In this document: positions 20,846 through 29,855 of the stretch, one piece after another
Position numbering within the stretch: the stretch's first letter is position 1
Layout of the letters: each line of letters begins with the position of its first letter
Virus record (IMG/VR): IMGVR_UViG_2531839180_000006
Length of the DNA stretch: 47,402 nt
Source of the DNA: a virus
Taxonomy: Duplodnaviria; Heunggongvirae; Uroviricota; Caudoviricetes
Strand: one strand, 5' to 3'
The notes under the pieces: generated by a model
The model's input: the letters and a program-made list of their open reading frames with translations, nothing else
Databases searched by the model: none
What the model was told of the DNA's origin: nothing
Program-made: the position numbers and the translations under genes

Positions 20846-22758
20846 TCACTCCTCCGGACAGCTTCGCTGCCAGTTCTTTAAGGGTTGGCCGGGTCGTCTC
20901 TTCTTCCCGGGATTTTGCCAGTACAGCCAGATCAAGCTGCCAGCGTTGCACGGACACACGTAATGCCGCGTAGGCATACACCAGGCAGTCCAGCGCTTCG
21001 TTACGCCGCTTTTTGTTATCCCACAGCAGACGCATCTTTCCTTTTTCCCACTTCTCCACAAGCTCTTCCGCCACCAGTTGCTGCGCCTCTGTCTGCGAAA
21101 AAATCTCCGGATCATCAGGAAAACGGATGGCATACGACGTGGCTTCATCCGCAGGCGTGGGATCGGCTTTCATACGGGCATAGAGAATTTCTTTTGCGGT
21201 GTCCGTCCCCACTTCGCACAGATACACGCCCCGCTGATTGCGGGTTTTTGGCATGGTGATCACCGGCTTGCCATAAACAGATGCACCTTTTACCGGCAGC
21301 ACCCGGAAAACACCGTGTTTTTTTGACCTCTGATAGACAATTTCGCCATCGATCCCCCCGGTGTCCCAGCAGACACGGGAAATGGTCATTTCGGTTCCGT
21401 CTGCATGGCGGTATTTTTTGTTGATCGCCACATCCACACGTAACAGCGTCTCTTCCTCATCGGGACGCCCCATAATGATGATTTTATCCACCAGAAAGGC
21501 TTCCTCTCCCGGAGCCCATCCCCAGACATACATCTCAAAACGATTTCGCTGCGAGTCAATGCCCGCCGTCAGATAAACCACCCGGGAAGGCACCGCAGCC
21601 GTGTAACGCACAACCTTATCCATCAGCACCTGGTGATCGAGTTTTTCGCCCACGGCCTCTTCCCAGGTCTCGCCCAGCGTGGTGTTCACAAAGGTTTTCA
21701 GGCCGTTGGGATCTTTCAGTGCATCCAGCCAGTCATAGACAATCTGTACCCAGGTGGTGAACGGACTGTACGCCGTCCAGATATGGAATGTGATGGAGCG
21801 CGGCGGCGGAATTTCATTATCCGCGGCGCTGAAAAACGTCAGACCGTCGCGGGTCCACATCCCCGTGTTTTCGCAGATCCACCGCCCGTTGCTCTGGTCA
21901 AGCTCAGACTGATGGATCACGCAGCCATGATGTTCACAGAGGTAGAAAACGCTTTCGGGGCTGTCCTTCTCCCATTTTAAGGCCAAAAGGCGTGGACTCA
22001 TCGCCAAATTTCAGATACTGCGCCTCCCCACAGTGCGGGCAGGGCACATAAAAACGCATGAAATGCGCCGACTCGTTGGCCGCTTTTTCGATCTGGCAGG
22101 AGCCTTTTATTTTAGGCGTCGAGCCGCGAATGGATTTTGGCCATACCGAGCCCTCAATACGCTTATCCCCCAGCAGGGTTGGCGAGCCCTCTTTTTCGAC
22201 ATCCGGCTCGAACGAGGAAAGTTCGTCATAGCAGACCACGTCCACGGATTTTTCACGGTAGTTTTTTGCTGCCGCACCACCCAGGCACCAGAAGCCCACC
22301 CCCGATGAAAAGCGTTTCAGCGTGAGAGTATTGTCACGATGTTTACGACCCAGCCACGGGGAAAGATCTTTCAGGCATGGCACGTCCCGAATCGTCGCCT
22401 CCACGTGAGACTTCATAAAATCTTCAGCGGCAGAATCCGTGGGCTGAAAAAGCATACTGTTTCGGGATTTATGCTCAATAAAATACCCGGCGACTCCCAG
22501 CAACATCTTTGTATAGCCAACACGGGCAGATTTAATCAGATTAACAGTGCGGATCTGATCATTCCCCATACTGTTCATGATGGCGATCTGGAACGGCAGC
22601 GTTTTCCATTCGCCGTCACCGTATGAGGATTCTTTCGGCAGATAATAATACTGGTCAGCCCATTCAACTGCCGTCATCGGTACAACCCTGACCAGAGGCT
22701 GCAGCGCAACCGAAACGGCGGCCACCATATTATTCAGTTGTTGCTCTAATATATTCAT
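20829..22758 (-). pseudogene. A: Terminase large subunit A, interrupted by a +1 frameshift in an A-run (minus-strand AAAA; plus-strand TTTT at 21975-21978)
   Basis: Two overlapping ORFs (21934..22815 and 20829..22007) together align to lambda gpA; frames switch at '...TPFGLK|W...' where an extra A is present. Confidence 0.85.
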
Positions 22759-23236
22759 CCAGCAAATCCGGTAATTTATCCCCTGCCCGCGCACACTGAT
22801 TTGCGCCCTTTGCAATAAGGGTTTTCAGATGGTCAATATGACGTGGCGTTAAATCCGGGAACTGTCGCTGCATGGATAACGGAATGGAATCAAGCGTACT
22901 GGACAATGCCATCGCCAGTTTGCTGAGGGCGAAAACGCAGAAGTCTGAATCGATGAGCTTACCTTCGGTTACCTGATTTTTAAGTTTTTGAGCTACAGCC
23001 TGTTCTTCTGTCAGTTCAGCTCTGGCCCGAAGCAGCCTTTCCTCCAGTTCTCCCCCGTCATCAGGTGTTCTCTGATTGTGTTGTCGCCGCTCGCGATCTA
23101 TCTCCAGTACAGTTTTAACGTCATATAAAACTTCCCTCCCCCGACGTTCAACAGGAGGAACGCCCCATTTATCAAATGCCTGAACAGAGATACCGATGGA
23201 GGAGGCCATATCACTTTTATTCAATAAAAAGGCCAT
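22730..23236 (-). CDS. nu1: Terminase small subunit Nu1
   Basis: N-terminal wHTH region and 'FCVFALSKLA...LDSIPLSMQRQFPDL' match lambda Nu1; GGAGAGGAG SD; immediately downstream of cos. Confidence 0.9.
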   Translation of the reverse strand: MAFLLNKSDMASSIGISVQAFDKWGVPPVERRGREVLYDVKTVLEIDRERRQHNQRTPDDGGELEERLLRARAELTEEQAVAQKLKNQVTEGKLIDSDFCVFALSKLAMALSSTLDSIPLSMQRQFPDLTPRHIDHLKTLIAKGANQCARAGDKLPDLLDEYIRATTE

Positions 23237-23439
23237 CTCCTCTCCATAAGTCATCGATAAAAAGCGAAACAACAACCATGTGTTTTTGCAAAACCATTTG
23301 ATATCATTGACATTTTTCGCATTGGCGACATCAAAACACATCGTAAGGTTGTTGTATTTATTTTATTTTCACCTTACTTATCAATTAGATATACCAAACA
23401 ATTAAACAACAACTACCCCCTCAAAAAATCTCATAAATA

Positions 23440-23480
23440 GTGAAAACGCGCGAGGTCGCCGCCCCGTAACCTGTCGGATC
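23440..23480 (-). other. cos: cos site (cosN): lambda-like cohesive-end sequence GGGCGGCGACCT (minus strand, plus 23453..23464)
   Basis: Minus strand reads 'ACGGGGCGGCGACCTCGCGCGTTTTCACTATTTATGAG', near-identical to the lambda left end. Confidence 0.85.
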
Positions 23481-23663
23481 ACCGGAAAGGACCCGTAAAG
23501 CGATAATGATTATCATCTACATATCACAACGTGCGTGGAGGCCATCAAACCACGTCAAATAATCAATTATGACGCAGGTATCGTATTAATTGATCTGCAT
23601 CAACTTAACGTAAAAACAACTTCAGACAATACAAATCAGCGACACTGAATACAGGGCAACCTC

Positions 23664-23897
23664 ATGTCAACGAAGAACAGAACCCGCAGAACAACAACCC
23701 GCAACATCCGCTTTCCTAACCAAATGATTGAACAAATTAACATCGCTCTTGTTCAAAAAGGGTCCGGGAATTTCTCAGCCTGGGTCATTGAAGCCTGCCG
23801 CCGGAGACTGTGCTCAGAAAAAAGAGTTTCGCCTGAAGCAAACAAAGAAAAGAGTGACATTACTGAATTGCTCAGAAAACAGGTCAGACCAGATTGA
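23664..23897 (+). CDS. Small ribbon-helix-helix (Arc/CopG-like) DNA-binding protein, hypothetical
   Basis: 77 aa with RHH-like 'TRNIRFPNQMIEQINIAL' segment; AT-rich; between cos and Rz on the opposite strand. Confidence 0.45.
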   Translation: MSTKNRTRRTTTRNIRFPNQMIEQINIALVQKGSGNFSAWVIEACRRRLCSEKRVSPEANKEKSDITELLRKQVRPD

Positions 23898-23954
23898 AGC
23901 AATTTAGATAATCGTGCAGACTACGCCCCCTCATATCACATGGAAGGTACTACA

Positions 23955-24365
23955 ATGGCTCAGGTTGCCATTTTTAAACAAATATTCGATAAAGTGCGAA
24001 ATAATTTAAACTATCACTGGTTTTATTCTGAACTAAAACGTCACAATGTCTCACATTACATTTACTATTTAGCCACAGAGAATATTCATCTTGTTCTTGA
24101 AAACGATAATACGGTTTTAATAAAAGGACAGGGTAAGGTTGTAAATGTAAGATTTTCAAAAAATAAATGCCTTATAGAAGCCACCTTAAAAGGATTCAAA
24201 TCAGGAGAGTTATCATTTTACGAATACAGGAAAAATCTTGCTACAGCAGGGGTTTTCAGATGGATTACAAATATCCACAAAAACAAAAGGTATTACTATA
24301 CCTTTGATAATTCATTACTCTTTACTGAGAACATTCAGAACACTACACAAATATTTCCGCACTAA
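23955..24365 (+). CDS. Hypothetical protein (DUF1398/YbcV-like by position and size)
   Basis: 136-aa ORF with GGAAGG SD; AT-rich; family assignment from memory only. Confidence 0.5.
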   Translation: MAQVAIFKQIFDKVRNNLNYHWFYSELKRHNVSHYIYYLATENIHLVLENDNTVLIKGQGKVVNVRFSKNKCLIEATLKGFKSGELSFYEYRKNLATAGVFRWITNIHKNKRYYYTFDNSLLFTENIQNTTQIFPH

Positions 24366-24672
24366 ATCATAACGTCCGGTTTCTTCCATGCCAGAACCGG
24401 ACTCGCTGGCATGATGAAATATGTGTACCCGGTAACCCCGGTGTGCATCGTTTTTGATTATTCCCCCACACTTGTGCAGAAGGAGTTCCCCGTCAGGCTA
24501 CAGTCATAATTAATGCAAGAGTACAGCGACGATACAGCGCACAGAAATAAATCAGGTATCCATTGACTTCACAAAGACGGTGCATAGCATCGACAGGAGT
24601 AATTGCGTAAATTGAACTCTTGGCACACTTTAGCCACCGGCGAATCTTCAGCGGATTATCCTTGGCCGGTTT

Positions 24673-25137
24673 TTATCTGAGGCATTGCTCTCGAATGTAT
24701 AGCTGTGCCCCTTCAAGTTGTTTTTGCATTATTATCAGTCGCGCTCTGAGGGTGAAATAATCCCGTTCAGCGGTGTCTGCCAGTCGGGGGGAGGCTGCAT
24801 TATCCACGCCGGAGGCGGTGGTGGCTTCACGCTCTGACTGACAGACTGCTTTGATGTGCAACCGACGACGACCAGCGGCAACATCATCACGCAGAGCATC
24901 ATTTTCAGCTTTCGCATCAGCTAACTCCTTCGTGTATTTTGCATCGAGCGCAGCAACATCACGCTGACGCATCTGCATGTCAGTAATTGCCGCGTTCGCC
25001 AGCTTCAGTTCTCTGACATTTTTGTCGCGCTGGGCTTTGTAGGTAATGGCGTTATCACGGTAATGATTCAGCCCCAGACTAAGCGCACCACAGGCCACCA
25101 GCAGGGCAATGATGACCACGCACAGTACGCGGTTCAT
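24673..25137 (-). CDS. Rz: Inner-membrane spanin Rz (i-spanin)
   Basis: 154 aa; '[78 protein letters not shown]' matches lambda Rz. Confidence 0.95.
   Translation of the reverse strand: MNRVLCVVIIALLVACGALSLGLNHYRDNAITYKAQRDKNVRELKLANAAITDMQMRQRDVAALDAKYTKELADAKAENDALRDDVAAGRRRLHIKAVCQSEREATTASGVDNAASPRLADTAERDYFTLRARLIIMQKQLEGAQLYIREQCLR
24735..24917 (-). CDS. Rz1: Outer-membrane lipoprotein spanin Rz1 (o-spanin), embedded in the +1 frame of Rz
   Basis: 60 aa '[24 protein letters not shown]...[29 protein letters not shown]' matches lambda Rz1 with lipobox. Confidence 0.95.
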   Translation of the reverse strand: MRKLKMMLCVMMLPLVVVGCTSKQSVSQSVKPPPPPAWIMQPPPDWQTPLNGIISPSERD

Positions 25138-25238
25138 TTCACCACCAGCGTATCTGACCGATGAAATAACCGGAGGCCATAATCACAAACACCAGCCAGA
25201 TAAGAATGAACTTCCAGGTGGATAATTTTTCAGCCATC
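25134..25238 (-). CDS. Candidate small hydrophobic peptide (34 aa) translationally coupled to Rz
   Basis: ORF '[34 protein letters not shown]' preceded by GGGAGA SD; its TGA overlaps the Rz ATG (AAATGA). Below the 60-aa cut-off of the ORF track. Confidence 0.4.
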
Positions 25239-25313
25239 ACTCGAATCTCCCGAATCAGTTTGCTAAAATCAAACACACTTTCTCCTTTGACTTTTCCGGA
25301 GTCAGGAAACACA

Positions 25314-25346
25314 AAACCCCGCTTGGTGCCAACAAACGGGGTTTTT
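25314..25346 (-). terminator. Terminator-like hairpin (CCCCG...CGGGG flanked by A/T runs) downstream of the lysozyme gene
   Basis: plus 'aaaaccccgcttggtgccaacaaacggggttttt'; U-rich tract follows on minus strand. Confidence 0.35.
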
Positions 25347-25435
25347 ACTTTTATTCACTTACGTTTCGCCAGTTCGCAGGATTTCATGTTATCCGCCCGC
25401 GTGGCCATGCCTTATTTTTCAGCAAAATATTCTGC

Positions 25436-25969
25436 TTATCTGTAGATACCCCAGCACGCCAGCGCGCTCTCCTGGTCACGACGGGATACCTGACCGTAGC
25501 AGTTGTTTGAACGAATACGGCAGTCTCTGCCACCGTCCTTAATCCACCAGCGAATCGCCTCACACGCTCCCCTGCGATCACCTGCATTAATTCGTTTATA
25601 AAACGTCGACGGGAAACACTTACCGGGACCAATGTTGTACGGACAGAATGACGCGATCCCCGCTTTCTGGGGTTCGCTCAATGGCACTTTGATGTTTTTC
25701 TCCACCCATGCCAGCGCCTTATCACGCTCAATGGCGTTGACCTGGTCGCATTTTTCCTTCGACAGTTTCATACCGGGAAAAACGGGTTTTCCATCCACCA
25801 TCGTGGCCCCCCGACAGATGGTCCAGATGCCGGAACCATCGCGGTATGCCGTTGTGTGGTTACCCTCTTTTTCGTCCAGAAACTGGTCAAGTATCTGAGG
25901 AGCAGACGCGCCTGCAGCAATCAGCGCCAGAACAGCAGCTGACAGGCCGTATTTGATTTTTGCGCTCAT
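25436..25969 (-). CDS. Endolysin: T4-lysozyme-like muramidase with N-terminal signal-anchor-release (SAR) segment
   Basis: 177 aa; N-terminal 'LSAAVLALIAAGASAP' hydrophobic segment; E/D/T triad context ('EGNHTTAYRDGSGIWTICRGAT'); RrrQ/RrrD-like. Confidence 0.85.
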   Translation of the reverse strand: MSAKIKYGLSAAVLALIAAGASAPQILDQFLDEKEGNHTTAYRDGSGIWTICRGATMVDGKPVFPGMKLSKEKCDQVNAIERDKALAWVEKNIKVPLSEPQKAGIASFCPYNIGPGKCFPSTFYKRINAGDRRGACEAIRWWIKDGGRDCRIRSNNCYGQVSRRDQESALACWGIYR

Positions 25970-26024
25970 GGATATTTATCAGGATGCTACCAATGAAAGA
26001 TACCGGAAAGCCAACTGCAAAAAG

Positions 26025-26339
26025 CTAACAACCCGTAATCGAGTTATCAGAACTGTTAATTTTTATGGTATACCGCGCCTCTGAACAGGGGCGCGTTTCT
26101 GGCAACAGCTCGTCCCCTTCACATAACCCGGCAGCAACATCCAGGAAGACCTGTCTGATGCTCCTTCTGGCTGCTGCCTCATAAAACTCCAGCGCGGCAC
26201 CTTCAACACGGTCCAGCGAGATGTCCAGGTCAAAAATTTCACCGTCAAAGCGTTTTTTGTCCCGTAACGCTAAAGTTACCGTAACTTTATTCTCAAAATT
26301 GCGGATCCCTTTCACAATCAGTTCATAGTTTTGAGTCAT
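26025..26339 (-). CDS. Hypothetical protein between holin and endolysin (YdfR/DUF1327-like by position)
   Basis: 104-aa ORF with GGGGAGAG SD; same location as ydfR in the Qin lysis cassette; family from memory. Confidence 0.55.
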   Translation of the reverse strand: MTQNYELIVKGIRNFENKVTVTLALRDKKRFDGEIFDLDISLDRVEGAALEFYEAAARRSIRQVFLDVAAGLCEGDELLPETRPCSEARYTIKINSSDNSITGC

Positions 26340-26343
26340 TGAA

Positions 26344-26559
26344 TTACTCTCCCCGTGCAGCCTTACGACGGTCCTCTCTGATTTTGAAATACAGGTTAGT
26401 CAGATATGTCAGCAGCCCAAACAGCAGACTCCCCAGCACGCCTATTGCCGCCCACTGAGACGGGGAAACCCTGTCCAGCAACTGCAGGAACCAGTAGCCC
26501 GTTCCCACCGCTGACGTGGTGTATGACACACCTGTTGTGATTTTTTCCATCTGGTCCAT
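26344..26559 (-). CDS. Class II holin (S21/pinholin-like, EssQ/EssD family) with dual-start motif MDQMEK
   Basis: '[65 protein letters not shown]' matches lambdoid class II holins; two TMDs; GGAG SD. Confidence 0.9.
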   Translation of the reverse strand: MDQMEKITTGVSYTTSAVGTGYWFLQLLDRVSPSQWAAIGVLGSLLFGLLTYLTNLYFKIREDRRKAARGE

Positions 26560-26866
26560 ACCCCGTCTCCCGTTATCCGGAAGCTGACAACAATAAAAAA
26601 GCCACCAGTTAACTACTGATGGCTCTGATAACTCATGCAAGCGTCTCAGACGACCCACTGGCACTACCGGTGAGTTTAACGATACCTTCCATTTGACTGA
26701 CTCACTTTTTATGATGATGCCGGTGCATTTATCTCCAGCACCAGACTTTCTGTCTCAACGCCATACGTTGCATTTTTGGTAATATCCGTCAGCGTCAGTG
26801 CATTTAGTCCCACTGCCAGACTGTCTTTTATGGCCTGGAATGCCGGGCCAGTACGATGACGTAGTA

Positions 26867-27055
26867 TCACTCCGGCTCAGTTGCACCGCTGACCACCACA
26901 TCACCTTCTGCTGCAATCGCCTGCATCAGGGTATAAGGGGTTATGGCCACCGGACTACCAAACGGCTGCCAGCCCTCTTTCAGTTTATGTGTCAGCTTTT
27001 CCGCAAGATCTGACGGCGGCGCCGCCCTGACAACATCATAGTGTTTAAATGCCAT
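26867..27055 (-). CDS. Small hypothetical late-region protein (DUF1737-like)
   Basis: 62-aa ORF 'MAFKHYDVVRAAPPSDLAEKL...' upstream of holin; family from memory. Confidence 0.5.
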   Translation of the reverse strand: MAFKHYDVVRAAPPSDLAEKLTHKLKEGWQPFGSPVAITPYTLMQAIAAEGDVVVSGATEPE

Positions 27056-27314
27056 GGTTCTTTCCACCATCTGAAAAATAATTCTTTAAAATACCTGACA
27101 TGTAATACAGAAAAAACACAAAACCATACCTTAAATAAAAACCTGATTATCAAGCAGATATGCATGGATAAACTACAAGACGAGATATAAACCACCCTGC
27201 ATTTAAATAAACAATAAACAACATCAGAAAAATAATTCTGCTCTATGGTTTAATTCAAAAATATCATTTATACTTTTCAGAACATCACCAGCAAGGCATA
27301 AACAAGGAAAGTAA

Positions 27315-27650
27315 ATGAAGTGGATTGTGATTGATACAGTTATCCAGCCATCATGCGGAATATCTTTTTCAGTCATATGGAGTAAAATAAAATTAATAAT
27401 CTGGTATCAATCGGATGCTTTCTTACCTCCTGAAAGTATATTTACACTGACTCACACAGGCATCATGCTCAATAACAAAGTGCTACCTGTAACCATTTAC
27501 AACGTAGTACCATTCAATAAAACATTCTGGAATTTAATCAAAAACAGCCAGGAATGCCCTACAAATACAGATAACGTATTGAATGAATGCTTTAATAACC
27601 GTTGCACTCTGCAAATATGTCCTTATGGACTAAAACAACAAAGTCCATAA
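27315..27650 (+). CDS. Hypothetical AT-rich cargo protein (111 aa, Cys-rich C-terminus), anti-sense to the late operon
   Basis: ORF with SD AAGGAAAG 6 nt before ATG; preceded by ~245-bp very AT-rich region; no recognisable family. Confidence 0.5.
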   Translation: MKWIVIDTVIQPSCGISFSVIWSKIKLIIWYQSDAFLPPESIFTLTHTGIMLNNKVLPVTIYNVVPFNKTFWNLIKNSQECPTNTDNVLNECFNNRCTLQICPYGLKQQSP

Positions 27651-27685
27651 GGAGTTTACTCACATCTGACAAAATCAATATAAAC

Positions 27686-27705
27686 AGCCCCTCCGGAGAG
27701 GGGCT
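27686..27705. terminator. Perfect hairpin AGCCCCTC-CGGA-GAGGGGCT downstream of the 111-aa ORF and of the tRNA cluster; possible bidirectional terminator
   Basis: 8-bp perfect GC-rich stem with tetraloop read directly. Confidence 0.4.
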
Positions 27706-27939
27706 GGAGAGTGGCGCTATGTGCCATTGCATGGTGCCGGGTGCCTCCCGGTGAATTCAGTACCAGCACCTGAATCCGCGATTATCCCATATACCTACTC
27801 GCTGATTGCCCCTCCGCACAGGGGGATTCACCATGCCAGTTTCTTTTAACAAACTCCCCGCAAACCAGACAACAGTCAACCGCCTGAATTGTGAGACATT
27901 TAAAAAAAGCCCGCAAAAGCGAGCCAAGGAAAATAAGTG

Positions 27940-28016
27940 TGGCGCGTTGTACTGGATTCGAACCAGTGACCGATTGCTTAGAAGGCAATTGCTCTGTCCG
28001 GCTGAGCTAACAACGC
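27940..28016 (-). tRNA. argO: tRNA-Arg (anticodon UCU), argO-like
   Basis: Minus strand GCGTTGTTAGCTCAGCCGGACAGAGCAATTGCCTTCTAAGCAATCGGTCACTGGTTCGAATCCAGTACAACGCGCCA folds as a canonical cloverleaf (7-bp acceptor, TTCGAAT T-loop, CCA). Confidence 0.85.
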
Positions 28017-28029
28017 AGGATACAGATAA

Positions 28030-28106
28030 TGGACCGCCTTCGGGGACCCGAACTCCGCGCAACCAGCTTCGAAAGCTGGCGCTCTTTCCTGATGAGCTAA
28101 TGGCGG
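28030..28106 (-). tRNA. argN: tRNA-like, probable tRNA-Arg (anticodon UCG by eye), argN-like; non-canonical pairs, possibly degenerate
   Basis: CCGCCATTAGCTCATCAGGAAAGAGCGCCAGCTTTCGAAGCTGGTTGCGCGGAGTTCGGGTCCCCGAAGGCGGTCCA: cloverleaf possible but A-A mismatch in acceptor stem, A-C mismatch in T-stem, G at position 58. Confidence 0.55.
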
Positions 28107-28113
28107 TATGTGA

Positions 28114-28189
28114 TGGTGGCCCTTGCTGGATTTGAACCAGCGACCTGGCGATTATGAGTCGCTCGCTCTCACCACTGAGCTAAAGGGCC
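28114..28189 (-). tRNA. ileZ: tRNA with anticodon CAU (Ile2/lysidine type, ileZ-like; formally Met/Ile)
   Basis: GGCCCTTTAGCTCAGTGGTGAGAGCGAGCGACTCATAATCGCCAGGTCGCTGGTTCAAATCCAGCAAGGGCCACCA; closely resembles E. coli tRNA-Ile2; perfect acceptor stem, TTCAAAT T-loop. Confidence 0.85.
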
Positions 28190-28238
28190 GGGAGCAGAAT
28201 AATAATGGTGCGTAATTAATTCTGCAATCTCATCCGTT

Positions 28239-29288
28239 TCAAACGATTAAATCCTGAACTTCCCTGACTGTCTGCTCAAAACGTCCGGTCTCCAGCTCAA
28301 CACCAATCGCACGACGCCCCAGTGCCATCGCCGCTTTTACCGTTGAACCCGACCCCATGAAAAAATCCGCAACCAGATCACCAGGACGACTACTTGCGCT
28401 GATTATCTGCTGCAGCATTTCTGCCGGTTTTTCGCACGGATGTTTCCCTGGATAGTGCTGCACCGGTTTATGCGTCCAGACATCGGTGTACGGAACCTGC
28501 GCCGTCACACCGAAATACCGCCGCAAATTTTTATATTCACTCAGCAGTTCCGTATACTGCCGGTTCAGCTCACTGTATGTGCTGACCAGCTGGTGGTGTG
28601 GCTTTTCCAGTTCCCCGCGCTGATGTTTTTCTGCCGCAACACGCGCAAACAACGCCTGCAATTTGTTGTAATCACCCTCGTTCGGTAACTGCCACTGACT
28701 GGTACCAAACCAGTGCGAAGCCATGTTTTTCTTTCCGGTGGCTTCCGCTATCTGTTTTGACGTTATTCCCAGTGATTTACGCGCATCACGAAAGTAAGAA
28801 ATCAGCGGGGCCATGACGTGCTGTTTTAGCTCGCGCCCCTGCTCCACATAGCCATCATCTTTCGGGCGATACGGTCCCTGATAATGTTCTGCAAACAGAA
28901 TGCGCTCTGTTGCCGGAAAATACGCCCGCAGACTTTCCTTATTGCACCCGTTCCAGCGTCCGGACGGCTTCGCCCAGATAATGTGGTTCAGCACATTAAA
29001 GCGCTCACGCATCATGATTTCGGTGTCAGATGCCAGGCGATGACCACAGAACAGGTAAAGACTTCCGGCAGGCTTCAGTACCCGCCAGAACTGCGCCAGA
29101 CACTGGTCCAGCCATTTCAGGTAATCATCGTCGCCCTCCCACTGGTTATCCCAGCTCTCGGGCTTCACTTTAAAGTATGGCGGGTCTGTGACTATCAGAT
29201 CGACAGAATTTTCCGGTAAGGTCTGGATAAATTCCAGGCAATCAGCGTTGATTAACTCACAACTGGATATTTTTACAGTATTGGCCAT
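28239..29288 (-). CDS. Orphan DNA methyltransferase (N6-adenine/N4-cytosine amino-MTase; DPPY motif IV followed by FxGxG motif I)
   Basis: 'LIVTDPPYF' near N-terminus and 'DFFMGSGST' near C-terminus; no adjacent restriction endonuclease candidate. Confidence 0.85.
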   Translation of the reverse strand: MANTVKISSCELINADCLEFIQTLPENSVDLIVTDPPYFKVKPESWDNQWEGDDDYLKWLDQCLAQFWRVLKPAGSLYLFCGHRLASDTEIMMRERFNVLNHIIWAKPSGRWNGCNKESLRAYFPATERILFAEHYQGPYRPKDDGYVEQGRELKQHVMAPLISYFRDARKSLGITSKQIAEATGKKNMASHWFGTSQWQLPNEGDYNKLQALFARVAAEKHQRGELEKPHHQLVSTYSELNRQYTELLSEYKNLRRYFGVTAQVPYTDVWTHKPVQHYPGKHPCEKPAEMLQQIISASSRPGDLVADFFMGSGSTVKAAMALGRRAIGVELETGRFEQTVREVQDLIV

Positions 29289-29438
29289 AGATCAATAAGC
29301 ACTTCTCTGATAGGCTCATACCGCTTTTGCGCAAAGCAGATGGGCCTGAGGTTTGCTTGTGACCCCAACGCATGAGCAGATGGCTGGCAGGTGCCGCTAA
29401 CACCCACCAGCCGCCCATTACCACAAATTAAAAAACCT

Positions 29439-29636
29439 TCACTGAGGAAGGCGTCTGTAACAACCGAACTGATAATCTGCCAGACCCGCCATAACAAGCT
29501 GAGTCAGTATTAACTGGCAGCGTTCGCGTGAAAGGTAAGTATTCTGCGCAATTTCCCCGACGGTCGCCGGTTCGGTGACGCTTAATTCATTAAACACCAC
29601 TCTGGCGGTTTCGGTCATATCCTGCTGTTTTAGCAT
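29439..29636 (-). CDS. Small hypothetical protein, possible winged-helix/HTH regulator (65 aa)
   Basis: ORF with AAGGGA SD; 'VGEIAQNTYLSRERCQLILTQLVMAGL' helix-turn-helix-like segment. Confidence 0.45.
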   Translation of the reverse strand: MLKQQDMTETARVVFNELSVTEPATVGEIAQNTYLSRERCQLILTQLVMAGLADYQFGCYRRLPQ

Positions 29637-29855
29637 GTCTTTTTCCCTTTTCTGGTTAACGTGACATACCAATAACTCTTGTCTAAAAAGCCAGCAAGCT
29701 GAAAGACCGGTATTCGCAACCACCAGCGCGTTTAACGTACTGCATCAATTTTCGAGCATAAAAAGACCGCCTGAGGGCAGCCTTTTTACATTAAAATTAA
29801 GTTTTCTTTAACTATGTTGTATGTGAAATTAGCATTCCCTACTGAGTTTATACAA

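Noticed and set aside
24366-24672. bor lipoprotein gene (present in lambda between Rz and cos on the opposite strand)
   Set aside because: No ORF of suitable length with a lipobox in any frame of this interval.
27757-28135. ORFs 27757..28062(-), 27782..27988(-), 27806..28135(+)
   Set aside because: They overlap the three tRNA genes; the sequence is better explained as tRNA.
26665-29300. Shiga toxin genes (stxA/stxB) expected between the tRNA cluster and the holin
   Set aside because: No ORFs of the right size or composition on the late strand; the slot holds an anti-sense 111-aa ORF and a DUF1737-like gene instead.
29273-29497. 74-aa minus-strand ORF bridging the MTase start and the small HTH gene
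   Set aside because: It overlaps both neighbouring, better-supported genes in a different frame and lacks an RBS.
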